Shown: positions 1-8,652 of the stretch, one piece after another
Numbering within the stretch: position 1 is the first letter of the stretch
How the letters are laid out: every line of letters begins with the position of its first letter
Assembly: GCA_031316235.1 (NCBI GenBank)
Contig: JALDRA010000001.1
Coordinates: forward strand, 3,390,001-3,422,000
Direction of reading: 5' to 3'
DNA length: 32,000 nucleotides
Origin: Candidatus Scalindua sp.
GTDB taxonomy: Bacteria; Planctomycetota; Brocadiia; Brocadiales; Scalinduaceae
Position numbers and translations under genes: made by a program
Notes under the pieces: generated by a model
Told to the model about the DNA's origin: nothing
Database searches by the model: none
The model's input: the letters and a program-made list of their open reading frames with translations, nothing else

Positions 1-90
1 GATAAAATCCGAGAGAAAAAAATGAGCAAGGATACCATTAACCAGGCTCTGGTTTTAAGAAAAATATAAAACCAGATCGGTTTTAGTATA
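1..90 (+). mobile_element. MITE-like structured repeat, copy 1 (5' end cut by window edge; diverged)
   Basis: It aligns to copies 2-4 from GATAAAATCCGAG through AAAACCAGATCGGTTTTAGTATA. The right terminus AGTA+TA lies at 87-90. Confidence 0.75.
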
Positions 91-544
91 TTTGCCGTAA
101 GTTTCCCTGTGTTGATTCAAGCAACTCTTCTGTGCCGAAGAAAAGTGCAATTTCTCTCTCTGCGGATTCAGGAGAGTCTGACCCGTGTGCCAGGTTATAT
201 CGATTGCTTAATCCAAAATCTCCTCGTATAGTTCCCGGAGCTGCCAGATGGCAGGCTGTTTTTCCCAACATGGTGCGGGTAACTTCTATGGCGTTGGTAC
301 CTCTGATTACCAGGGCTACTATGGGGCCTGATGTCATAAATTCTATAAGTTTTTCAAAAAATTCTTTTCCTTCATGAGCAGAATACGTCTCTCTTGCCAC
401 GCTTTGAGAGAGGAGAAGTAGTTTGAGACCGAGTATTTCAAGCCCCTTTTCCTCAAACCGGGTGATTATTTTTCCAATTAGTCTGCGTTGTACCGAATCC
501 GGTTTAATGATGACTAATGTTTTTTGCAAGGTCGGCTCATTCAT
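83..544 (-). CDS. ndk: nucleoside-diphosphate kinase
   Basis: 153-aa ORF with NDK hallmarks: LVIIKPD, FMTSGPIVALV, PGTIRGDF and NLAHGSDS (active-site His region). The last codons (TAC TAA) are supplied by the end of repeat copy 1. Confidence 0.93.
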   Translation of the reverse strand: MNEPTLQKTLVIIKPDSVQRRLIGKIITRFEEKGLEILGLKLLLLSQSVARETYSAHEGKEFFEKLIEFMTSGPIVALVIRGTNAIEVTRTMLGKTACHLAAPGTIRGDFGLSNRYNLAHGSDSPESAEREIALFFGTEELLESTQGNLRQIY

Positions 545-582
545 ACTAGGTTTTCTATAACCTCTGATCTGAAATCAGTATG

Positions 583-1104
583 CTACGTTATTTTCCCCCG
601 GACACGCAAAAAAAATTTTTTATACTCTTCCGTCTGGTAATCAGGATATGTCCATGGCATGTTTGCGTATTGACCATATTTATAGTAGAGGGTGACTTCT
701 GCGTAAATGCCCTTTTGAAGATAGATCCTGTGGTAAAAGTCTTTTGTGGAAGCAAGTATGAGCTGGCATTGGGTGAGATATCCCGGATCCAGATTTACTG
801 GTCTCTTGATGCGGTACTCATCATTTTGTTTGAGTCTCTCCTCTAATTCATTTGTCCACACTTTGATAGCTGCAATCTCTTCGGGATCGATAAGGTCTTT
901 AAAAGAGTAAAACGTACGCAAAATGTCTGATCCCATCTCTTTTCTGTAGTAATCGGTAAAATTGAAGGGGATAATATCGCTCTGCGTCTCAATTTCCCCG
1001 AGCCGTTCCTCAAGGAGTGGAGACACCTCTTCAAAGAGTGTCCTGATGCTCGAAAGCATTCCCACGATCAGTTTTACAGGCTTTGGCCGGGTAATTTCAG
1101 ACAT
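583..1104 (-). CDS. DUF4416-family protein (function unknown)
   Basis: 173-aa ORF. The pattern VKLIVGML..PFNFTDYY..EMG..LDPGYL..KDFYHRIYL..GIYAEVTL matches my recollection of DUF4416. No search was run. Confidence 0.6.
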   Translation of the reverse strand: MSEITRPKPVKLIVGMLSSIRTLFEEVSPLLEERLGEIETQSDIIPFNFTDYYRKEMGSDILRTFYSFKDLIDPEEIAAIKVWTNELEERLKQNDEYRIKRPVNLDPGYLTQCQLILASTKDFYHRIYLQKGIYAEVTLYYKYGQYANMPWTYPDYQTEEYKKFFLRVRGKIT

Positions 1105-1151
1105 CGTTTTTTACTCTTTAAACGAAATTACTTCACAGGGAGCAGTGAAAA

Positions 1152-2888
1152 TCAAGCAGGATCTCTTTGTGATGCACTATCTGTGGTTAAAGATTGTATA
1201 CAGGTTTTTGTTACCTGGACGATATTTTCAAGTCTTGAAAATGATACTTCGTTCGTAGAGCGTACCTTAATTTCCAGATCACCTTTCTCCTGGTAGCTTT
1301 TTCCCACGGTTATCCGGATTGGAATTCCAATAAGATCGGCATCCTTAAATTTGAAACCCGGTCTCTGGTCCCTGTCATCGAGCAAAACCTCCACTCCCTC
1401 TTTGCGTAAGCTGTCATAAATTTCTGTGGCTGTATCCATAAGGTTACGCTCTTTTATATTTACGGGTACGACCAGGACTTCATACGGTGCCAAAGGTATT
1501 GGCCAGATAATTCCATCCTTATCATGTGATCTCTCAATGGTGGCGGCGATGATTCTGTTTATACCGATACCATAGGACCCCATAACTATGGGCTGTTCCT
1601 TCCCTGTTTTATCCAGGTACTTTGCGTTCAGCGTTTTACTGTATTTTGTACCTAATTTAAAAACATGGCCTATTTCTATTCCACGGGAGATTGAGAGTAA
1701 GCTATTGCATTTGTGGCACTTATCGTCTTCTTTGACAAATCTGATATCGGCAATTGTGTCAACGGTGAAATCTCTTTCAAGATTTACATTCATAATATGG
1801 CTGTCAGCTTTATTCCCGCCTACCACGCAATTTTTCATATTTACAACTGCACGGTCTGCGACAATGTGTGCATTTAATCCAACAGGGCCTGCAAAACCTA
1901 CGGGAGCATTTGTAAGCGTGACAACTGTTTTTTCATCAGCCAATTCGATTGAATCCAGTGATAACTGTTTTGCCAGTTTTGCTTCATTAACATCATGATC
2001 TCCACGCACGAGGACTGCAATGTGGCTGTTATTATGAGAGTAAATCAAGGTCTTCACCATTCTCTTCGGTTCGATGCCGAGAAAGCTGCTAACCTCTTTT
2101 ATGGTGCACATGTCAGGGGTTGAGACCTCTTTTTGCTCCTCAATAATGGCATCATCTTCCCGTTCTACCTCAGCAGCGACGGCCTTTTCAAGATTTGCGG
2201 CGTAATCACATTTCGTACATTTTACGATTACATCCTCTCCGTTGAAGTTGGGTACCATAAATTCGTGGGAAACATCGCCCCCCATGGCACCTGTATCAGC
2301 CTCAACAACTATATAATCTAATTGACATCGCTTGAGGATGCGGCAATAGGTATTGTACATCGTCTGATAGCTGTTGTTGAGACCATCAGTATCAATGTCG
2401 AAACTATAGGCGTCTTTCATGAGAAACTCTCTGCTCCGCAAAACGCCAAACCTCGGCCTGGCTTCGTCTCTGAATTTTGTCTGAATCTGGTAGAGAATCA
2501 GGGGCATGTTTTTGTAGGAGCAAAGTTCATTCTTCATTAAGTCAGTAATTACCTCTTCGTGAGTGGGGCTCAGGGCAATGTCCTTTCCGTGGCGATCTTT
2601 CATGCGGAGTAAATCGTTGCCGAAAACAGCAACTCTGCCACTTAACTCAAAAAGGGATAGGGATTGCAGGGCCGGCAGCAAAATTTCTACAGAACCCGAA
2701 GCATTCATCTCTTCCCTGATGATAGTGTTTACCTTATTTAAGACCTTTATGCCTAACGGCAGGTATGAATAGACTCCTGCGGATAATCTTCTGATCATTC
2801 CTGATCGTACCATAAGTTTATGGCTATCTACTTCAGCATCATTAGGATCTTCTTTTAACGTCGGTATGAATGTCTGTGTCCATCTCAT
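1152..2888 (-). CDS. proS: proline--tRNA ligase (bacterial type with insertion/editing domain)
   Basis: Long ORF with class II aaRS features and a ProRS-typical N-terminus, MRWTQTFIPTLKEDP. I therefore moved the start from 2933 to the ATG at 2888. The C-terminal anticodon-binding region is present. Confidence 0.93.
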   Translation of the reverse strand: MRWTQTFIPTLKEDPNDAEVDSHKLMVRSGMIRRLSAGVYSYLPLGIKVLNKVNTIIREEMNASGSVEILLPALQSLSLFELSGRVAVFGNDLLRMKDRHGKDIALSPTHEEVITDLMKNELCSYKNMPLILYQIQTKFRDEARPRFGVLRSREFLMKDAYSFDIDTDGLNNSYQTMYNTYCRILKRCQLDYIVVEADTGAMGGDVSHEFMVPNFNGEDVIVKCTKCDYAANLEKAVAAEVEREDDAIIEEQKEVSTPDMCTIKEVSSFLGIEPKRMVKTLIYSHNNSHIAVLVRGDHDVNEAKLAKQLSLDSIELADEKTVVTLTNAPVGFAGPVGLNAHIVADRAVVNMKNCVVGGNKADSHIMNVNLERDFTVDTIADIRFVKEDDKCHKCNSLLSISRGIEIGHVFKLGTKYSKTLNAKYLDKTGKEQPIVMGSYGIGINRIIAATIERSHDKDGIIWPIPLAPYEVLVVPVNIKERNLMDTATEIYDSLRKEGVEVLLDDRDQRPGFKFKDADLIGIPIRITVGKSYQEKGDLEIKVRSTNEVSFSRLENIVQVTKTCIQSLTTDSASQRDPA

Positions 2889-3165
2889 GGTATTATTGGA
2901 TCGTAAAGAAAGCACTGGAGTTTTCCTGGACAACCCGATCCAGAAAACTGATTAACCTGTTTCCCTGCCTCTCATTCCGACTGAAAAACCGGGAGAGGAA
3001 ATAATTTATGACAGTTATAAAACATGAAAGGTAGATTTATGGTCCAATCTTACCGAAATTCCCTTTCGAATCGTCAGGCATGGGGAACTTTGAGAGGATT
3101 ATATTGCTGGCGATACGTATTTGCAAGTAATTTATCGTTTTGGTTACTATGATGCAACATAACGG

Positions 3166-3193
3166 TTGAATTTGGCCGGAAATTTGTTATAAT
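3166..3193 (+). promoter_or_regulatory. candidate sigma70-type promoter (TTGAAT-16 nt-TATAAT)
   Basis: TTGAAT at 3166-3171 and a perfect TATAAT at 3188-3193, about 130 nt upstream of the cytochrome gene start at 3323. Confidence 0.35.
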
Positions 3194-3322
3194 TTTTGCA
3201 TTGAGAGTGTTTATTTATTTAAGATGTTGAGCTGTAATGTGTTACATTAATCAGGTTTTGTAGTTTTACAGTGGCATGTTTTCTGCGTATCTTTAGTGAA
3301 TGAATTGGAAAGGATTTACATT

Positions 3323-3808
3323 ATGTATAAGTGGTTAATCATTATTGGTTTTTCGTTGGTAGTTTTTCATGGTGAGATAAAGGGTGAAGAGGTTGTCCCT
3401 GTGGAACAGGAAGAAGAGAAGAGTGAATTGGCACTGCTGATGCACGATATCGATGTAAACTATAAAATAGTAGAAGGGATGTCCGGGTGGTATCAATACA
3501 AGAAAAAACATTGGCAGATTATCCTTAAAGCCGGGGAGAACATGGTAAAGGTAACCAGGAAAATCCGGAGCAAATTTCCACAGTATGATGACTGGACCTA
3601 TCAAGAGCTGATGGAAAAAATGCAGATAGCGGCAGAAGAGATGGTAAAGGTTGCAAAAGATAATAAAAGAGAAGGTGCCCTTGAGGATGCTCAATGGCAG
3701 GTGAGAATGTTGAGACGGACATGTGCAAAATGTCATAAGCATCTGGATATTCACATCTATCCTAATTTATATAAGAAAGAGGAGAAAGAGATACCTCCGG
3801 CACCATAG
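3323..3808 (+). CDS. membrane-anchored/secreted monohaem cytochrome c, class II-like (C-terminal CxxCH)
   Basis: The ATG at 3323 is preceded by GGAAAGGA. There is an N-terminal hydrophobic segment, a helix-rich body, and a single CAKCH motif near the C-terminus, as in c'/c556-type four-helix-bundle cytochromes. Confidence 0.65.
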   Translation: MYKWLIIIGFSLVVFHGEIKGEEVVPVEQEEEKSELALLMHDIDVNYKIVEGMSGWYQYKKKHWQIILKAGENMVKVTRKIRSKFPQYDDWTYQELMEKMQIAAEEMVKVAKDNKREGALEDAQWQVRMLRRTCAKCHKHLDIHIYPNLYKKEEKEIPPAP

Positions 3809-3861
3809 TCTTTTTCAGTCTATAGGGTCTTTTGGGAAAACGAATCATTATCTTTTTTTAC

Positions 3862-3890
3862 TTGACTCTAGGGAGCCATGGTGATAGTAT
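3862..3890 (+). promoter_or_regulatory. candidate sigma70-type promoter (TTGACT-17 nt-TAGTAT)
   Basis: TTGACT at 3862-3867 and TAGTAT at 3885-3890 with a 17-nt spacer, upstream of the cytochrome gene at 4098. Confidence 0.4.
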
Positions 3891-3893
3891 TCC

Positions 3894-3925
3894 AATTTTG
3901 TAATTTTGTAATTTCGTAATTTTGT
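3894..3925 (+). repeat. tandem octamer repeat (AATTTTGT x4, one unit AATTTCGT)
   Basis: Four head-to-tail 8-mers start 4 nt after the candidate -10 box. A degenerate fifth unit follows. Confidence 0.9.
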
Positions 3926-4097
3926 TTAGTTTTCGTTTTTATACATCTTGAAATGGAAGGGGGGTGAAGTTTTTAAACCGAGAAATAGTTTGTTGAACTT
4001 TACAAAGTTAGCTACTGTAAGATCAAAGTATTACTAGGTTTAAGGCTAACCGATAGAAGGCTCATATTTTATTTTTTAATTAAGGAGGCTGAAGTAA

Positions 4098-4529
4098 ATG
4101 AAGAGAAAAAATGTTTTTATAGCATGTGTTTTCGCATTATCGTTGTTCGTGACAGGTACAGCAGTTAGTTATGGCGCTACAGATCAGGAAATCTGTAAAG
4201 AGAGCAAGAAACATTTTGATGCAATTGTGAGAAATAACGGATTATTACCTGGTGATGAGTTTAATCCGTACAATTTTAAAGAAGTAGCAAATGCTGCAAC
4301 TGCAATGTTGGCGAACGAAAAAAAACGTGCTCCTGGAGACAAAAACAGAACCGCTCTCATCAGGTTGGTATCGATACACATTGAGAATATAGAAAAAGCA
4401 GCGAAAGATGCTGGTGATGGAGCAGTTGAAGCTGCAGGTCACTCTTTGAGGTTTTTGACTCTCTCCTGCAAAGCGTGTCACAAAGTATATGAAACTGAAT
4501 CTCAGAACAGAAGCATGACACCAAAATAA
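4098..4529 (+). CDS. secreted monohaem cytochrome c, class II-like (C-terminal CxxCH)
   Basis: AAGGAGG lies upstream of the ATG and there is a signal peptide (MKRKNVFIACVFALSLFVTGTAVSYG). A single CKACH sits near the C-terminus. The architecture parallels the ORF at 3323-3808. Confidence 0.7.
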   Translation: MKRKNVFIACVFALSLFVTGTAVSYGATDQEICKESKKHFDAIVRNNGLLPGDEFNPYNFKEVANAATAMLANEKKRAPGDKNRTALIRLVSIHIENIEKAAKDAGDGAVEAAGHSLRFLTLSCKACHKVYETESQNRSMTPK

Positions 4530-4637
4530 CCTTATATTCTGAAATGGATTAGTACAAAAAACGGGCTTAAATTTATCACTGAGTATTTTAATTTAAGTTA
4601 CAATTTTAAATAATAGTTAGTGGGGGTATGAACTAAA

Positions 4638-5036
4638 ATGAAAAGATTTAATTTTTTGTGTATAATAGCAATTCTCGCTGTTTCATGTTTTGCAGTGGGT
4701 CAGATTAGTAGGGCAGGTGAGGCCGAAGAATTAATTGGTGATCCTGAAAAAAGTATTTTCTTCATTTTTGCAACCGGTGGTATTCAGGGTTCTTTCGGTA
4801 CGATGGAAACCTGCGTATTTTGCCATGGAAATGGCGGTAAAGGTACAGCTGAAGGCAGGAAAATGAATGTTCCTGATTTTACCGATGCTAACTGGCAATC
4901 ATCAGTTACTGACGAGCAGATGATTGCTCATCTGGAGTCTAGTAATAAGGGTTGCACGAAGTGCAGAGGCAGGATTTCTGAAGCAGCTATCAAGAAACTT
5001 GTTCAGATCGTCCGAAATTTTGGATCTGGATCATAA
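4638..5036 (+). CDS. secreted monohaem cytochrome c, class I-like
   Basis: Signal peptide, then CVFCHGNGGKG (CxxCH followed by a GKG pattern) in the N-terminal half. Confidence 0.7.
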   Translation: MKRFNFLCIIAILAVSCFAVGQISRAGEAEELIGDPEKSIFFIFATGGIQGSFGTMETCVFCHGNGGKGTAEGRKMNVPDFTDANWQSSVTDEQMIAHLESSNKGCTKCRGRISEAAIKKLVQIVRNFGSGS

Positions 5037-5052
5037 TAAAAAAAGTCGATAC

Positions 5053-5099
5053 GGCTCTTTAAAATGTCTGCTTGGATGTTTTAAAGAGCCTTTTTTTTT
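5053..5099 (+). terminator. Rho-independent terminator
   Basis: A 12-bp perfect stem (GGCTCTTTAAAA / TTTTAAAGAGCC) with a 14-nt loop, followed by T9. It lies 17 nt after the cytochrome stop, between convergent genes. Confidence 0.8.
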
Positions 5100-5181
5100 G
5101 AATATTCTCAGTTGGTGTGCACCCGTTTACCGGTTTTTCGATACCATGAGGAGTGTATTTTCACCCGGGTACCGCTTAAAC

Positions 5182-6294
5182 TTAACCCTTGTGCTGATTC
5201 AAAATTACCCTGTTATAAAGCGTATCTCTTTCGACTGGTTCGTGCCCGGTTTCTTCTATTAACGATCTGATTTGATCAACCGTTAATGACTCTGGTGTTT
5301 TCGCACCGGCAGAATGGGTTATTTTTTCTTCAATAACTGTTCCGTCAATATCGTCAACTCCGAAATTAAGGGAGACCTGAGCTAGTTTAATTCCCAGCAT
5401 AATCCAATAGGCCTTGATATGGTCAAAATTGTCGAGCATTAGTCTGCCGATTGCAAGCATCTTAAGATCTAAGATTCCTTGTGTCCCGGACAAGCCGTGC
5501 AGTTCAGTATTTTTGGGATGAAATGCAAGGGGGATAAACGACATAAATCCCTTCGTCTCGTCTTGAAGTGCACGCAACTGCAACAGGTGATTAACCCTGT
5601 CTTCATCTTTTTCTATATGGCCGTATAGCAGGGTTGCGTTACTCCGCAGCCCTAGATTGTGGGCCTCGCGCATTGTTTTTAACCAGATCTCACCGCTGAT
5701 TTTTTCTGGACAAAGTTCATTTCTGATGTGTGGTGCAAAAATTTCAGCTCCTCCACCGGGGAGTGAACCGAGTCCCGCATTCTTTAATAATCTTAGTATT
5801 TCTGTTGTTGTCGTTCCTCTCATTTGGGCAAAATGAACAATTTCAACAGCGGTAAATGCCTTTAAGTGTACCTTGGGAAAGCAATCGTGAAGAGATTCAA
5901 TCAAGGTAAGGTAATAATCAAGTTTGATATCAGGATGGAGACCTCCAACAATATGTAATTCGGTGGCACCTTCTTCAATGATCTGCCTGGCCTTCTCCCG
6001 TATCTCGTCAATACTCAGGAGGAAGGCATCGTTATTCTCCTGAGTACGGCTGAATGCACAAAATTTACAGCTGTTTTTGCAGATATTTGTATAGTTAATG
6101 TGGCGATTTATTACATAATAGGCGTAATTTTTATTTAACCTTTCTCTTACAATGTTTGCAAGATACCCAATGGTGAGAATTTCTTCAGACGCAAACAATC
6201 GCAGGCCATCCTCATACTCAAGACGTTTTTTGTCCATGATCTTTTCATATATATCTGAGAGGTCTGTGCTGGTCGGGATCTTAGTTAATGGCAT
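5182..6294 (-). CDS. mqnE: menaquinone (futalosine pathway) radical SAM enzyme, MqnE/MqnC family; aminofutalosine synthase-like
   Basis: 370 aa with HINYTNICKNSCKFCAF (CxxxCxxC). The overall length and layout fit the MqnE/MqnC family. The FSR following the cluster and the A-F/Y-x-L-S pattern lean toward MqnE, but MqnC is not excluded. Confidence 0.7.
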   Translation of the reverse strand: MPLTKIPTSTDLSDIYEKIMDKKRLEYEDGLRLFASEEILTIGYLANIVRERLNKNYAYYVINRHINYTNICKNSCKFCAFSRTQENNDAFLLSIDEIREKARQIIEEGATELHIVGGLHPDIKLDYYLTLIESLHDCFPKVHLKAFTAVEIVHFAQMRGTTTTEILRLLKNAGLGSLPGGGAEIFAPHIRNELCPEKISGEIWLKTMREAHNLGLRSNATLLYGHIEKDEDRVNHLLQLRALQDETKGFMSFIPLAFHPKNTELHGLSGTQGILDLKMLAIGRLMLDNFDHIKAYWIMLGIKLAQVSLNFGVDDIDGTVIEEKITHSAGAKTPESLTVDQIRSLIEETGHEPVERDTLYNRVILNQHKG

Positions 6295-6340
6295 TCCGTT
6301 TCCTTAATCTTAATTCGATATTTTGATAGTAAAAAACAAT

Positions 6341-6477
6341 TTTCACGAAAAGACGCAAAGTAGCAAAGACGCAAAGGGGTTGTTTGTCCAGGCAATTTAC
6401 GATCCGTTTGATACAATCCTTCATAAAGCCATCATACTTTTTTCACCTAGCGTTCTTAGCGGTTTTACGTGAGAATC
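6341..6477. repeat. imperfect inverted-repeat element with an internal 12-nt direct repeat
   Basis: AAAGACGCAAAG occurs twice (6349-6360 and 6365-6376). The left arm TTTCACGAAAAGACGCAAAG... is roughly complementary to the right arm ...CTTAGCGGTTTTACGTGAGAA (6447-6477). Confidence 0.55.
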
Positions 6478-6748
6478 AGTAATTTAATTTGAAATCATCA
6501 GCTTAAGCACAACTAAAATACATAACTTACCTGCCCGAACAGGTACCCGTTCGAATGGCTAAGCCGGCTGGGCAAAACAACGACAACATGGTGGTAACTT
6601 TGGTGCTGTAAATGCTTAAAGTAGAATTTCCCAGAATATCAGATTAGTTTGGAGAATTCAAGGACATATCTCTTGATTGTATAGGGCGTTCAATATACAA
6701 TGTACATAAATCAATGTGCAATGAGTATAGAAAGATTGGAGGAATCGG

Positions 6749-7171
6749 ATGCAAAAGAGAGTTATTGCAACAAACAATGCCCCAGGGGCAATCGGGCCAT
6801 ATTCTCAGGCAATTGGCTTTGATAATCTGCTCTTTGTTTCCGGTCAGATACCCATAGATCCGGAATCGGGTGAGGTGGTAAGCGGGGGCATTTATGAACA
6901 AACACTACGGGTTCTGGAAAATTTGAAGGGAATATTGGAGGCTGGTGGTACCCATATGCAGAATGTCTTGCGTACGACCATTTTTCTGGTAGATATGGAT
7001 GATTATGCCACGGTTAATGAGGCATATGCACAATACTTTACTAATGATCCACCTGCGAGAGCTACAATCCAGGTATCAAGGCTCCCGAAAGAGGTACAGG
7101 TTGAGATTGATGCAATTGCCTTTGTTCCCGATCTGGCCGAGTCAGAACCAGAAAAGGGAACAGGCATCTAA
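6749..7171 (+). CDS. ridA: RidA/YjgF-family reactive enamine/imine deaminase
   Basis: 140 aa with APGAIGPYSQAI, LFVSGQIP, and PARATIQVSRLPKEVQVEIDAIA typical of the YjgF/RidA family. GGAGG lies upstream. Confidence 0.88.
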   Translation: MQKRVIATNNAPGAIGPYSQAIGFDNLLFVSGQIPIDPESGEVVSGGIYEQTLRVLENLKGILEAGGTHMQNVLRTTIFLVDMDDYATVNEAYAQYFTNDPPARATIQVSRLPKEVQVEIDAIAFVPDLAESEPEKGTGI

Positions 7172-7191
7172 TAGGTTCTGGCTTGTCCTGG

Positions 7192-8316
7192 TTAGCTCTT
7201 TACGAAACGATTCCCGGAAAGCTGTTTTACCAATTTTCTCACTTCCAGAATCAATAATATACTTGTGACATTGGATACCGGTATACCTGATTTAATCGTT
7301 ATTTCATCGATATTTTTTGGTGTGCTTGAGAGAAGGGAAAAGATCTTGTTCTCTTGAGAGTTGAGGGTGAGGCTTCTCATGTCATCAACTTTTCTGTTAT
7401 CGCCTATCTGTAAGGTTTCCGCAAGAGGGCCCAATTCCTCAACAATGTCATTGATTTCTTCGACAAGTTTTGCACCGTCTTTAATGAGCTTGTTGGTCCC
7501 CTTGCTGTAATTACTGTCGATATTACCGGGAACGGCAAATACCTCTTTTCCCTGTTCCAGTGCCCATCGTGTAGTGATGAGAGAACCGCTCATCAAAGTT
7601 GATTCTATCACCAAGACTCCGAGTGAAAGTCCACTGATTATCCTGTTTCTGGGTGGAAAATTACGGCTGTTTGGAGGGGTGTTCATGGGGAGTTCTGAAA
7701 TCACGGCACCTTGAGAAGCGATCTTCTCCATGAGTTCTCTGTTCTCGCGAGGGTAGACGGTACTCAGTCCGCATCCAAGAACGGCTATTGTTCTTCCCTT
7801 GCCATTCATTGCTCCTGAATGCGCGTTTGTGTCGATACCTCTCGCCATTCCACTTACAATACAGAAACCGACTTGTGCCAGTTGCCGTGCCAGTCTTGCG
7901 GCCTGGGCCTGGCCATAATAACTGCACTTGCGTGAGCCAACGATTGCGAGGGCAATGCTATCCTTTTTCTCAATATTCCCCCTGATGTAAAGTATCAATG
8001 GCGGATCATAGATTGCGTTGAGATTGGGAGGGTAATGTTCGCTTGAAAAAGGTACAATCTTTACGTTGTTTTTTTCAGCCAGCTTAATCTCTTTGTCCAC
8101 ATCCAGCTCTTTTGAAGCGGTTACTATTCTTTCAGCCATCTTTGGGCCTATGCCGGGGGCTGATTCCAGCTTACTCTTTGTTGTATTAAGTACTTTCTTC
8201 GCAGTACCGAAGTGCTCAATTAAGCTGCGATAGGTGATGGTGCCTATACCCGCAATCATGTTGAGGCGAAGAAGGTGTTCTAGATCGTCATCGTTCGGAA
8301 TTTCCGTATTCATCAT
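7192..8316 (-). CDS. dprA: DNA-processing protein DprA (Smf)
   Basis: 374 aa with SGMARGIDTNAH, VLGCGLSTVYPREN, FPPRNRIISGLS and a C-terminal winged-helix-like tail. Confidence 0.9.
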   Translation of the reverse strand: MMNTEIPNDDDLEHLLRLNMIAGIGTITYRSLIEHFGTAKKVLNTTKSKLESAPGIGPKMAERIVTASKELDVDKEIKLAEKNNVKIVPFSSEHYPPNLNAIYDPPLILYIRGNIEKKDSIALAIVGSRKCSYYGQAQAARLARQLAQVGFCIVSGMARGIDTNAHSGAMNGKGRTIAVLGCGLSTVYPRENRELMEKIASQGAVISELPMNTPPNSRNFPPRNRIISGLSLGVLVIESTLMSGSLITTRWALEQGKEVFAVPGNIDSNYSKGTNKLIKDGAKLVEEINDIVEELGPLAETLQIGDNRKVDDMRSLTLNSQENKIFSLLSSTPKNIDEITIKSGIPVSNVTSILLILEVRKLVKQLSGNRFVKS

Positions 8317-8384
8317 AACAGTATCCTACCACTCAATAGTGGAAAAAAAACAAGTACATGTACAGGAGTTACAAAATCATGTTT

Positions 8385-8548
8385 TATACTCATCTCATAC
8401 TGGATTTCGGATAAAATCCGAGATAACATTGAGTGAGTAAGGTCCTCGACGTCTAATCCGGGGAAAGTCTTCGGCGCTTTTTGTCCGGGGATACCTTCAC
8501 CAGGATCTGGTTTCCGGCAAGACCGAAAACCAGATCGGTTTTAGTATA
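8385..8548 (+). mobile_element. MITE-like structured repeat, copy 2 (long form with an inserted block of about 52 nt)
   Basis: TATACTCATCTCATACTGGATTTCGGATAAAATCCGAG ... ATCTGGTTTCCGGCAAGACCGAAAACCAGATCGGTTTTAGTATA. The extra block at about 8440-8491 consists of two related units of about 26 nt. Confidence 0.85.
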
Positions 8549-8652
8549 TCTGCGCCAGCGTTTCCGCCTGAACGAAAGAGTTGTGTCTGCCTGCTTCCGA
8601 TGCTCTGTTTACGGCAGCGGTACTGTGGAATGAGTTCGTCCGTACATACACA

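Noticed and set aside
6545-6575. A tRNA-like T-loop sequence, GTTCGAAT.
   Set aside because: The flanking bases (ACCCG / GGCTA) do not form a T-stem, and I could not build an acceptor or anticodon arm around it.
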